A stretch of 12,577 bases of DNA, from positions 1 to 12,577 of the forward strand of contig JAYSWN010000067.1 of assembly GCA_043718025.1 (NCBI GenBank). Direction: 5' to 3'. The stretch is from Pseudomonadota bacterium. GTDB taxonomy: Bacteria > Bdellovibrionota > FAC87 > UBA2466. The position numbers were made by a program, and so were the translations under genes. Below, piece after piece: positions 1-7,448 of this stretch (within the stretch, counting starts at the first letter, position 1; every line of letters begins with the position of its first letter). Below the pieces are notes generated by a model. The model was not told the DNA's origin and made no database searches. It worked only from the letters and a program-made list of their open reading frames with translations.

Positions 1-148
1 TTTTGCCGTGGGTCCAGCCTTGTTGCCGGTGCCCCACATTATAGAGTTCATTAAGTGCGGGGGGGGCGGCCAAGAGCTCCCGCGAGCCGATTAAGCAGAA
101 CAGCATAAGTAATGAGAATTTAAAGAGTTGTTTAAGGTGCGATAGCAA
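1..148 (-). CDS. 5' part of a probable exported protein, running off the left edge
   Basis: Manual translation from TTG at 148 gives MLSHLKQLFKFSLLMLFCLIGSRELLAAPPALNELYNVGHRQQGWTHGK, open to the edge. GGAGG (155-159, minus strand) lies 6 nt upstream and the N-terminus looks like a signal peptide. Not in the ORF track. Confidence 0.6.
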   Translation of the reverse strand, partial: MLSHLKQLFKFSLLMLFCLIGSRELLAAPPALNELYNVGHRQQGWTHGK

Positions 149-311
149 CGGGAGCCTCCGAACAAATGAATGACGCACCATACCGTAAAATGAGAAGTCG
201 GAGCAATTCCAATGTGAACCTAGCTCGCTGGTAAGGGGGGTAAATACTGTGCCCACATGCAGTCGCAGGAGAGCGGGTGACACTTATTGCATCTTGTTTT
301 CAAGGTAACCC

Positions 312-1325
312 TTGGATAGCTTGCCGCCCCAAACCATTTTCGGGGTAACCGTTTTGAATCTAGTTTTTGTAACTACATTGTCCTTACTCAGTCTTTCGCA
401 CGGGGCCTTTTCGCAGGCGCTGGAAACCGAAGTGGTGTTGCCTTTATCCAAACGAAAAATTGATTTTTCGTTCGCGCGAGAATTATCCAAATCAGATCTG
501 AAAACCGCAATCGTTAAGTTAAAGCTAAAAGGGGTTCGGGTTTTGCGTTGGAATGGCACAAAAGGGCTTTTGGAGAATGACGAAACTCAAATGCCGACCG
601 AAGAGAGAGTGCCCCTCGAAACGTTTCTCAGAGAGGCGACGACGAAGTTCAAAGCGACAACCTTTGCCAAGGGGCATCAGACCAAACATTTTACCGCCGC
701 CCATGATTACGTTGTATTGAACGCGCTTGACGGCGGAATTGATTCCGCCGCACTTGCCCACGAATGGTTGCACATAGCCCTCAGTAAGACTCCGCCGACC
801 CTTATGGGCGATAAAAAAACTCCCTCTTATATTGAACTGTCGAACACTCTGTCCGCACTAAAAAAACAAGTGGCCGATGAAGGGCTGAAAATCAATTTAA
901 CCGATCCAACTTCTGATTACGTGTTCAAAAACGCGGCCAGATACGAAACTCTAATTAAGTTTCAGTACGTTTACCTGCTGGGTCAGCTGGTCACTCTTTA
1001 CGACGAATGGGATATCCATGCGCAGATGGGACTCTCCGGAGTAAGTAAAAATAAGGTCGATGAGCTGGCGTTGGTAGCCCAACACCTCGAAAAGAGGCTT
1101 AATCTAGCGAGTGAATGGAACTCTGGCTACCGCGTGTTGCTCGCCCACCGTGAGTCATTGACTAAAGACACCGTAACCTACGGTAACGGCGCTCTCACTA
1201 TCGAACAGCTTTTAAAAGGGCTGGTGGACACCTACTTCGAGCAAGTAAAAACCGTGCTCTCGGACGTGGAAATTGCTGAGCTGGGCGAGCATAAAGCCGC
1301 CCGTCGTCTCTTTAATTTGAAATAG
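312..1325 (+). CDS. Hypothetical exported protein with HExxH (zincin-like) motif
   Basis: 337-aa ORF with a hydrophobic N-terminal segment ending AFS-QA and LAHEWLH (HEWLH at 759-773). Start uncertain (TTG 312 or TTG 354). Confidence 0.7.
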   Translation: MDSLPPQTIFGVTVLNLVFVTTLSLLSLSHGAFSQALETEVVLPLSKRKIDFSFARELSKSDLKTAIVKLKLKGVRVLRWNGTKGLLENDETQMPTEERVPLETFLREATTKFKATTFAKGHQTKHFTAAHDYVVLNALDGGIDSAALAHEWLHIALSKTPPTLMGDKKTPSYIELSNTLSALKKQVADEGLKINLTDPTSDYVFKNAARYETLIKFQYVYLLGQLVTLYDEWDIHAQMGLSGVSKNKVDELALVAQHLEKRLNLASEWNSGYRVLLAHRESLTKDTVTYGNGALTIEQLLKGLVDTYFEQVKTVLSDVEIAELGEHKAARRLFNLK

Positions 1326-1352
1326 TGGTTACCTTGCTTTGGGCTGTGGGTA

Positions 1353-2342
1353 TTGATGAGACTTATGGTTTCTAGAGATTTGTGGGCCAAATTCCTGTTT
1401 CTCAACTTAGTTCCCCTTATCGCCCTATCTAGCCGCTACGCCGTCGCCGGGGGGCCCGATTGGGAAGAGTGCAAGATTAAACTGCTGCGGCTGACCTCTT
1501 CCCAAACCGTTACCGGTTACTACGAAGAACTGAAACCAGAATTGAAGCGGCTGAACCGCATTTTGGTTAGGGATGGCTGGGTTCCTGCCGGAACTCAAGT
1601 GGGGGCGGATGGAGTGGGAGACTACACGCTCTACAGCGATCCAACTCACTTAGTGGGTCGGACCGTGTTCGGAATTCAGACCCCGGGCGGCGTGTTAATT
1701 GATGCCATTGCCGACGTGAAGGGGGACGCGGTTGAAAAGGTGCACCGACTTAACACCCTCCTCAAAGGGGCACCCACTTTGCGATTGTACGGTGGGCGGG
1801 TAAATGGGATCTCTCCGGTACGAACGAAAGAGGGGCCCGATATGTGGCACTTCGAATTAACGACTACCGAAGAAAAGACAGAGACTCTGAACTTCACCAC
1901 CGCTGGTAAAGTTCATGTCTTGCTTTCGCCCGGCGAACAATTTGGCACCGAGGGGTTTACCCGTTTTACCCCCCACGCCCTTCCCTTACAAAATGAGGTT
2001 TTGAAGGCAATGAACCTTGAAAATGGCGAGACTAGGCAAGTGGCGCTAAAAATTTTGATCAGCAAAGTAATTGGCGATGATTCACTTGGTTTGGCCAGTC
2101 AGGCTGAACTGGATGAACTTCAGACCTTCATGACGGCAGGCTCTTCCAGAAAGTTAGAAATTAGGCCGTGGATTTTGAAGCAATATCCGACGTTGGCGAT
2201 GGCCTGCACCAACCTTCCCAGATTGCATGCGCTCATTAAGCAGATAGGGCAGAAAGCCGGGAAAGAGCGGTGGTTGACCGAGCAGGCCGAAAATTTCGGC
2301 GCTTCCGTGCTTGAAGTGCATCGGCTGATTCAGTTTGAGTAA
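1353..2342 (+). CDS. Hypothetical exported protein
   Basis: 329-aa ORF 27 nt after the previous stop, with a signal-peptide-like N-terminus ending AVA-G. No recognisable domain. Confidence 0.7.
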   Translation: MMRLMVSRDLWAKFLFLNLVPLIALSSRYAVAGGPDWEECKIKLLRLTSSQTVTGYYEELKPELKRLNRILVRDGWVPAGTQVGADGVGDYTLYSDPTHLVGRTVFGIQTPGGVLIDAIADVKGDAVEKVHRLNTLLKGAPTLRLYGGRVNGISPVRTKEGPDMWHFELTTTEEKTETLNFTTAGKVHVLLSPGEQFGTEGFTRFTPHALPLQNEVLKAMNLENGETRQVALKILISKVIGDDSLGLASQAELDELQTFMTAGSSRKLEIRPWILKQYPTLAMACTNLPRLHALIKQIGQKAGKERWLTEQAENFGASVLEVHRLIQFE

Positions 2343-2438
2343 TCCTTTGGGAAGCAGTGAAAACTAAACCTCTCCAAAAGGCGCTATGAATTTTCACGCC
2401 GATGCGCTAAACCCCTGCCCTAAGAAAAAGGGCTGTTC

Positions 2439-2609
2439 ATGAAGTCGGTATTTAAAATGATCTTATTTGTCGCCATAGAGATGGCCATTTTTGTGTTGTC
2501 CGGCGTTGAGTTGCTGCGCGAACTACCGATCTTTGGCGAGAGTGACCACAACCATTCGCCGGTTCAACCCCGTCAAACCCCATTCCCCCCGCACGCACGG
2601 GTATTTTAA
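2439..2609 (+). CDS. Putative 56-aa single-TM small protein
   Basis: Manual translation MKSVFKMILFVAIEMAIFVLSGVELLRELPIFGESDHNHSPVQPRQTPFPPHARVF*. AAAGGG lies just upstream of the ATG. It fills an otherwise empty gap and is followed by a long hairpin. Confidence 0.45.
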   Translation: MKSVFKMILFVAIEMAIFVLSGVELLRELPIFGESDHNHSPVQPRQTPFPPHARVF

Positions 2610-2626
2610 AAAACTTAACCACTTGT

Positions 2627-2679
2627 GTGGCTGATCCTTGGGCTGTTTACGGAAAACGGCGGCGCCAAAGGTCAGCCAC
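2627..2679. terminator. Long imperfect hairpin between convergent genes (bidirectional terminator or palindromic repeat)
   Basis: Outer stem GTGGCTGATCCTTGG / CCAAAGGTCAGCCAC and inner stem GCTGTTT / AAACGGC. It lies 6 nt past the stop codon of the minus-strand gene at 2686. Confidence 0.55.
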
Positions 2680-2685
2680 CAGGAA

Positions 2686-3285
2686 TTACTTCTTGCGGTG
2701 GCCATAGAGCCCCGCCCCAAAAGAACGTTTATCGAGCCGTACTAAATTTTTGAGCATGGCTTTAGTCAGCAACGGGGTGTGAGCAATTTCGCAAAGATAC
2801 TCAGCGACGTACCAAACATTACCCTCGTGCGTCATCCATTCTAGCCGGTCGAAACGCGCTAAATTTACCGGTTGAGAGAAGTTACGTAGCGACCGTTCTC
2901 CCCTTAGGTTGAAGTAGCCTTCAAAATAGCTCAGCGCCAATTCGCGTAGTGAACGGTAAACGGGCGAACGAAATCTAACCCCAGAGTAGTTTGAGGTGGC
3001 CACCGCGCCCCAGGCACCCCCCTGGCGGTAAACCGCGATTACGTGATCGCTGTCTTGGTCGGCCTCTAAATCAACGATGAGTGGTGGATAACCGTTTGCG
3101 CGAAGGGCGGCGGCCGCAAAGAGGGCTCCTTCTAAACAGTGGGCGGTCTTTTCCCTAAGCACCAGGCGCGGCGACCAAGCGGTGGGGGCGATATGGTAGG
3201 GCACGTTGTCCAAAAACTTTTGAATCTTCGCCGGCGTATTCAAAGCTCTGAGCGCGCGCCTTTCGGAGGGGGTCCAGGGTTGCAT
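2686..3285 (-). CDS. Conserved hypothetical protein, transglutaminase/papain-like (Cys-His) fold suspected
   Basis: Motifs TPAKIQKFLD, AHCLEGALFAAAAL, DHVIAVYR, WGAVATSN and RSPVYRSLRELALSYF match a widespread conserved family as I recall it. ATG 3285 (MQPWTP, 199 aa) is preferred over 3342. Confidence 0.75.
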   Translation of the reverse strand: MQPWTPSERRALRALNTPAKIQKFLDNVPYHIAPTAWSPRLVLREKTAHCLEGALFAAAALRANGYPPLIVDLEADQDSDHVIAVYRQGGAWGAVATSNYSGVRFRSPVYRSLRELALSYFEGYFNLRGERSLRNFSQPVNLARFDRLEWMTHEGNVWYVAEYLCEIAHTPLLTKAMLKNLVRLDKRSFGAGLYGHRKK

Positions 3286-3365
3286 TGGCCAACAATACCA
3301 TGCCTCACGGCGCTTACTGAACCTGCAGTATTGCCAGACCATTCTGCGGGAGTATCGTGGGCACC

Positions 3366-4409
3366 ATGATTAAGACAAAAGGCTTTGCCGCCCAAAACGC
3401 AAAATCACCGTTGGCCCCTTTTTCTTTTGAACGCCGCGATCCCGGTCTGCACGATGTACTTATCGACATTAAATTCTGCGGCATCTGTCACTCTGACATT
3501 CATCAGGCGCGCGACGAATGGGGAAATGGCAAGTTTCCCATGGTGCCCGGCCACGAAATTGCGGGCGTGGTGGCGCAGGTGGGAGGCAAGGTCACCCACT
3601 TTAAAGTGGGCGATAAAGTTGGGGTCGGCTGTTTTGTAGATTCTTGTCGCAACTGCGACCCCTGCGAGCGCAGCTTGCAGCAGTACTGCGAGCAGGGCTC
3701 GTCGAGCACCTACAATGGATTTGAACAGGATAAGACCACGCCTACGCAAGGCGGATACTCTAACTGCATCGTCGTCGACGAGCATTACGTGCTGCGCATC
3801 CCCAACAACCTCCCGCTCGATGGTGCGGCTCCGCTGCTTTGTGCGGGTATCACTCTGTACTCGCCGTTAATGCATTGGAAGGCGGGCCCGGGAAAGAGAG
3901 TGGCCATCGTTGGTTTAGGTGGGCTGGGCCACATGGGAGTAAAGATTGCCAGCGCACTGGGTGCGGAGGTCACCGTGTTGAGCCAATCTTTAAAGAAGCA
4001 AGAAGACGGAAGGCGGCTGGGCGCCAAGCACTTTTATGCTACGTCTGATCCCAATACTTTTAAGGAACTGGCGGGAAGTTTTGATCTGATCATCAACACA
4101 GTCTCTTCACCCATGGACTGGAATCAGTACCTGACGCTGCTTAAGCTCGACGCCACCATGGTGGTGGTGGGCGTGCCAGAAAAACCCGTGCCGCTTTCTG
4201 CCTTTTCACTGGTAATGGGCCGTCGCAGCCTGGCCGGTTCGCTCATCGGCGGAATTGATGAAACGCAAGAGATGTTGGACTTCTGCGGTAAGAACAACAT
4301 CACCAGCGATATCGAAGTGATTCCCGTCACCAAGGTGAACGAGGCTTACGAACGAGTGCTTAAGAGTGACGTGCGCTACCGTTTCGTAATTGATATGGCG
4401 ACGCTCTAA
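3366..4409 (+). CDS. NAD(P)-dependent Zn alcohol dehydrogenase, cinnamyl-alcohol dehydrogenase (AdhC/YahK-like) family
   Basis: CGICHSD, VPGHE, structural Zn site CxxCxxCx7C, APLLCAG, GLGGLG Rossmann motif and C-terminal VRYRFVID. Start is ATG 3366 or GTG 3357. Confidence 0.95.
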   Translation: MIKTKGFAAQNAKSPLAPFSFERRDPGLHDVLIDIKFCGICHSDIHQARDEWGNGKFPMVPGHEIAGVVAQVGGKVTHFKVGDKVGVGCFVDSCRNCDPCERSLQQYCEQGSSSTYNGFEQDKTTPTQGGYSNCIVVDEHYVLRIPNNLPLDGAAPLLCAGITLYSPLMHWKAGPGKRVAIVGLGGLGHMGVKIASALGAEVTVLSQSLKKQEDGRRLGAKHFYATSDPNTFKELAGSFDLIINTVSSPMDWNQYLTLLKLDATMVVVGVPEKPVPLSAFSLVMGRRSLAGSLIGGIDETQEMLDFCGKNNITSDIEVIPVTKVNEAYERVLKSDVRYRFVIDMATL

Positions 4410-4431
4410 TAAATTTGCTCTGCTTCTTTAA

Positions 4432-4469
4432 CGGCCTTTCTTTTTCTAAAGAAAGGCCGCTCTTTGTTT
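4432..4469 (+). terminator. Intrinsic terminator after the ADH gene
   Basis: Perfect 12-bp stem CGGCCTTTCTTT-TTCT-AAAGAAAGGCCG (4432-4459) followed by CTCTTTGTTT, 22 nt after the stop. Confidence 0.75.
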
Positions 4470-4573
4470 GGGAACCAAGCATCCATATGAGCGCCGAGGG
4501 TAGCGGCGAGCGAAACCCGAAAAGCGGCAGGAGAGGGGGCTCTTTCCTCTCTGAGCGGGCGCATTCTCGCCCT

Positions 4574-4604
4574 CGTCGTTGCGAGGCCGCAGGCCGAAGC
4601 AATC
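4574..4604 (+). repeat. REP-like palindromic element, left copy (GTCRTTGCGAG...GAAGCAATC class)
   Basis: CGTCGTTGCGAG-GCCGCAGGCC-GAAGCAATC with internal hairpin GGCC-GCA-GGCC. It is inverted relative to the copy at 4747-4779. Confidence 0.75.
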
Positions 4605-4605
4605 C

Positions 4606-4731
4606 TCACACGGTGGAATAAAGGTCATTCCATTGAGGGTTCAAACGGTCGATAAGCTCTACTTTTCTCCGCCGAGGTCCTGCCTTGAGCTGTTTTTCAC
4701 GTTGAATGGCTTATAAAACTCTGTCTCTCAT
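4606..4731 (-). pseudogene. Remnant of a small GIY-YIG nuclease family gene, internally deleted
   Basis: One frame reads MRDRVL*AIQREKQLKAGPRRRKVELIDRLNPQWNDLYSTV*. The tail matches the AIxREKQxKxxxRxxKxxLIxxxNPxWxDL C-terminus of small stand-alone GIY-YIG proteins, and the GIY/YIG core is missing. Confidence 0.8.
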
Positions 4732-4746
4732 CAATCATCGGCCAAA

Positions 4747-4779
4747 GATTGCCGCGCCACTTCGTGGCTCGCAAGGACG
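4747..4779 (-). repeat. REP-like palindromic element, right inverted copy
   Basis: GATTGCCGC-GCCAC-TTC-GTGGC-TCGCAAGGACG. CTCGCAAGGACG is an 11/12 reverse complement of 4574-4585, and GATTGC complements GCAATC. Confidence 0.75.
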
Positions 4780-4996
4780 GGTGGGGAGCGTACCGCCAAC
4801 TTTTAAGGGAAAGAGGCAGCAGGGGTAGGGTGCCTTTAGCACTAGCCCGCCCTGTCAGCTTGTGGGGGCTACGCGATTTATTTCTGGCGATTTAACCGTT
4901 TGAATTCAGGCAGCATTTGTTAAAACCGCAGGGGCGGTGACGTAGATTGTCTCTAGGCGTACGCCGCCAAAACTCTTACAATGCGCTTCTTCTTCA

Positions 4997-5950
4997 TTGG
5001 TAGGCGGGGGTCTTTTGCGATTCGCTTTATTACTACTCACTATCGGGCTGTGGTTTACGCACTTTCCTGCATTGGGCGTCGTGAGCAGCCAAGCCCAGAC
5101 TTCATTGGCTTTGAAGTCGGGTTTAAGTTGCGAGGGGCACGCGTGGGGCGACTTATCTAACTCTTTGCTTCCGATTATTTTGTTTGTCCACGGCACCGGA
5201 GCCTATCGCATTTCCGAATCGGGCCAGGGCTACTTAAATGCTCTTGCCGCTGAAAACAAAGCGGTGCTCGTTGGCTTTGAAAAGCCGGGCATCACTTCGA
5301 CGGGCATTTCTGTAGAGCAGTTTCAGGCCCACAAGCAGAGCGACTTGGTTGAATGCGCCCGCTTGGCCTTGAATTGGGTTACCCAAGCAAACAAGTCTCG
5401 CGGCCGCGTGATTTTAGTGGGGCATAGTGAAGGGGTAGAAATTTTAACCCGGCTGTGGTCACAGCTGGTGGCAGAAAACCATACCGTGCGATCCCAAATT
5501 GCGGGGCTGATTGCATCGGGCATTCCACTGGAGTCTTGGAAAGTGCGTCTGGAGCGTTCGCTCGAACAAGCGGAAGCTGATGTGCGAAAAGAATTTGAAG
5601 TGGCGTGGAAAAACCGAGACGAAGAGTATTTTCTACAAAAATCGATCGGCCAGATTCCGCTCGGTTATTTACAAGAGGTGATTTCTTTGCCTTCCACAGA
5701 ATCGTTGCTTCGCGAATTAATTGAATCAGAGGTTACCGCTCAAGTGCAAATATTTCACGGCGAGAAGGACGTACGATGCGCCGTTGCCCCCGTGGCCCGG
5801 GTTGCCGCTTGGGCAGCCGATCCTGCCCATGGCACTTCCAGCCGAGTCGTGGTTAGAACCTTTGCCAACCGAGGTCACGATCTTGGCTCTGAGTCATACC
5901 GCGAGATGCTTTTCTCGGTGCAGCAATTAATCAACGGCTTTAAGGAGTAG
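4997..5950 (+). CDS. Exported alpha/beta-hydrolase (serine esterase/peptidase-like)
   Basis: Signal-like N-terminus, FVHGTG oxyanion region, GHSEG nucleophile elbow, HGEKD acid and GHDL histidine. Start is TTG 4997 or TTG 5015. Confidence 0.85.
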   Translation: MVGGGLLRFALLLLTIGLWFTHFPALGVVSSQAQTSLALKSGLSCEGHAWGDLSNSLLPIILFVHGTGAYRISESGQGYLNALAAENKAVLVGFEKPGITSTGISVEQFQAHKQSDLVECARLALNWVTQANKSRGRVILVGHSEGVEILTRLWSQLVAENHTVRSQIAGLIASGIPLESWKVRLERSLEQAEADVRKEFEVAWKNRDEEYFLQKSIGQIPLGYLQEVISLPSTESLLRELIESEVTAQVQIFHGEKDVRCAVAPVARVAAWAADPAHGTSSRVVVRTFANRGHDLGSESYREMLFSVQQLINGFKE

Positions 5951-7037
5951 AGATACTCTTCGGCGTAAGACTCCACTTTCCATTCACTTTTTCGAAGGTC
6001 ATGATTTTTGGAATAGTGCTGGTAAGGCCCATGATCTCGGAGCTTCCGCTAGGTCCGTGAAAAGCAATTAGGTCGGGCATAGCCATCGAGCCGCTGAGCA
6101 TGGATGCTTTCTTTTGTCTGCAGGGACCGCACCATTCCGCACCTACGTAAACCGTTGCCAAGGTTTTATCGGCAGGTAGGTTGTTCAATCGCGCTAGTAA
6201 TTCTTCCATAGTGCCACCGGTTACCAGCTTTTGATCGAACTGCCCCTCGAAGTCGCCGGCTGCGGCGGGTGAGTGGCTAGATTTGCCCATAAGCATATCG
6301 ATGGCCAGCTTGTCTTTGGCGTCTAGCGTGAGCACTCCCATTCCCTTTTTATGAGTGTAAATGCATTCGTCTATAGATTTACAATCGCCGGTGAAGTTAT
6401 CGGGATGGGCTAAGAACTCTTTGACTAAGTCGGCTCGGCTTTCGAGCTCGAGTTGGGGGCGGCCATCGGCGCCGAGTAACCCCTTGCCGTCGTGACTTGT
6501 GTCTTTCTTGCCCAGCGAACCGAGTTTAAACTCAATGCCGTCACTTAATGCTTCGCCTTTTTTATCTAGGTCTAGTCCATAGACGGTGTTCAAAATATTC
6601 TTAGCTTCGGGTTCATCCGCGAAGCGATCTAGGAGGAGGCCGCCAAGCTCCTTAAGGGTGGTTCGGTCCAAGGCATCCTTTGGATTTAAAGCGCGACTGC
6701 CTACTTTCAATCCTGTTTTTTTATCAAAACTAACATCTCCCAAATTAAAGCCCCCTCCGTAGCGGGATTCAGCGGCGAAAATCCCGCCATCCTTTTTGAT
6801 AAATATTTGACTGGCTTGGGCTTTCTTTCCGGCAATATTCACGAAAGGGGCAACGGAACTTCCACCCGTCGAAACCACTTCGCCCTTTGCGGGGTCGGGT
6901 TTTATTTTTTTCAAAAAGGGAGTGGCTGCCTTTGTGGCGGCCTCAGTCATTGACTGGGGCGACTCCGCCACCACAATTGCGGAGCAGGTTAGTAGTATTG
7001 AAACAAGTAAAGCGTTCACCGTAGTAAAAGTTTTCAT
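5940..7037 (-). CDS. Exported protein with C-terminal thioredoxin-like domain (WCGPC)
   Basis: Signal peptide MKTFTTVNALLVSILLTCSAIVVA-E and GGGGG RBS. VYVGAEWCGPC (WCGPC at 6120-6134) is followed by a TIP cis-Pro-like motif. The 3' end overlaps the hydrolase gene convergently by 11 nt. Confidence 0.8.
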   Translation of the reverse strand: MKTFTTVNALLVSILLTCSAIVVAESPQSMTEAATKAATPFLKKIKPDPAKGEVVSTGGSSVAPFVNIAGKKAQASQIFIKKDGGIFAAESRYGGGFNLGDVSFDKKTGLKVGSRALNPKDALDRTTLKELGGLLLDRFADEPEAKNILNTVYGLDLDKKGEALSDGIEFKLGSLGKKDTSHDGKGLLGADGRPQLELESRADLVKEFLAHPDNFTGDCKSIDECIYTHKKGMGVLTLDAKDKLAIDMLMGKSSHSPAAAGDFEGQFDQKLVTGGTMEELLARLNNLPADKTLATVYVGAEWCGPCRQKKASMLSGSMAMPDLIAFHGPSGSSEIMGLTSTIPKIMTFEKVNGKWSLTPKSISTP

Positions 7038-7101
7038 GATCCCCCCAGATCAAATGGCCCGAAACTCTCATTCAATAAAATTGTGATTCGCGACTATCCG
7101 C

Positions 7102-7118
7102 TGCAACTGCTGATCCAA
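7102..7118 (-). promoter_or_regulatory. Candidate sigma54 (-24/-12) promoter
   Basis: Minus strand TTGGATCAGCAGTTGCA has exact GG-N10-GC spacing and a TTGCA -12 box, about 65 nt upstream of ATG 7037. Confidence 0.55.
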
Positions 7119-7124
7119 CGCCCC

Positions 7125-7137
7125 AATCAAGTACTTG
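7125..7137. promoter_or_regulatory. Candidate IHF binding site
   Basis: AATCAAGTACTTG is a perfect match to WATCAANNNNTTR, 6 nt upstream of the -24 element. Confidence 0.55.
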
Positions 7138-7222
7138 GATTCGTATTCAAAAAGGATTCTCACACAATGGCGTCTAAAGTTTAGTCACCCGTAGCTAACT
7201 TGCTTAACCATTTTGTAGTGGG

Positions 7223-7386
7223 AATGGGGCGATAGGAGAAGGACGCCCATTTTTACCGTTGGTCGCGTGGCCGTAGCCGGGCAAGGAAGGCAAGGGGCAC
7301 CGTAGGTACCCCCACCCCCGGCCAGTCAATTTGTCTACGCAATGGACAGCCGGCCGCCTCTCTTCCAACGTGAAGGTCAGGCCAAC
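7223..7386. other. GC-rich multi-stem non-coding element of unknown class
   Basis: Nested complementary segments: 7258-64/7380-86, 7267-73/7351-57, 7276-81/7317-22, 7294-7301/7305-12 and 7332-37/7343-48, plus a hairpin 7223-31/7244-51. Confidence 0.4.
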
Positions 7387-7448
7387 CCGGAAATTAGGGG
7401 CCCCAAATAAAAGCGCCTGTGCTAACAAGGGCTCAAAACGAGGTTTTT

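Noticed and set aside
2613..2690. Possible integron attC site (ACTTAAC followed by a long hairpin)
   Set aside because: No complementary GTTRRRY closes the hairpin, and there is no cassette array or integrase.
4490..4530. True rRNA gene fragment or group II intron
   Set aside because: Similarity is limited to about 16 nt, with no flanking rRNA sequence, intron domain V or reverse transcriptase.
4360..4628. Four short overlapping ORFs (60-80 aa) after the ADH
   Set aside because: They run through a terminator and palindromic repeats, have Arg/Pro-rich composition and lack convincing RBSs.
4779..4856. G-runs suggesting a G-quadruplex, and a weak hairpin at 4819-4855
   Set aside because: Loops are long and irregular and the stem is short and imperfect, so it is not distinguishable from background.
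7414..7422. CGCCTGTGC repeated at 12566-12574
   Set aside because: A 9-bp match is expected by chance in 12.6 kb and does not extend.
7204..7428. 74-aa minus-strand ORF in the intergenic region
   Set aside because: No motif or clear RBS. The region is better explained as structured non-coding sequence.
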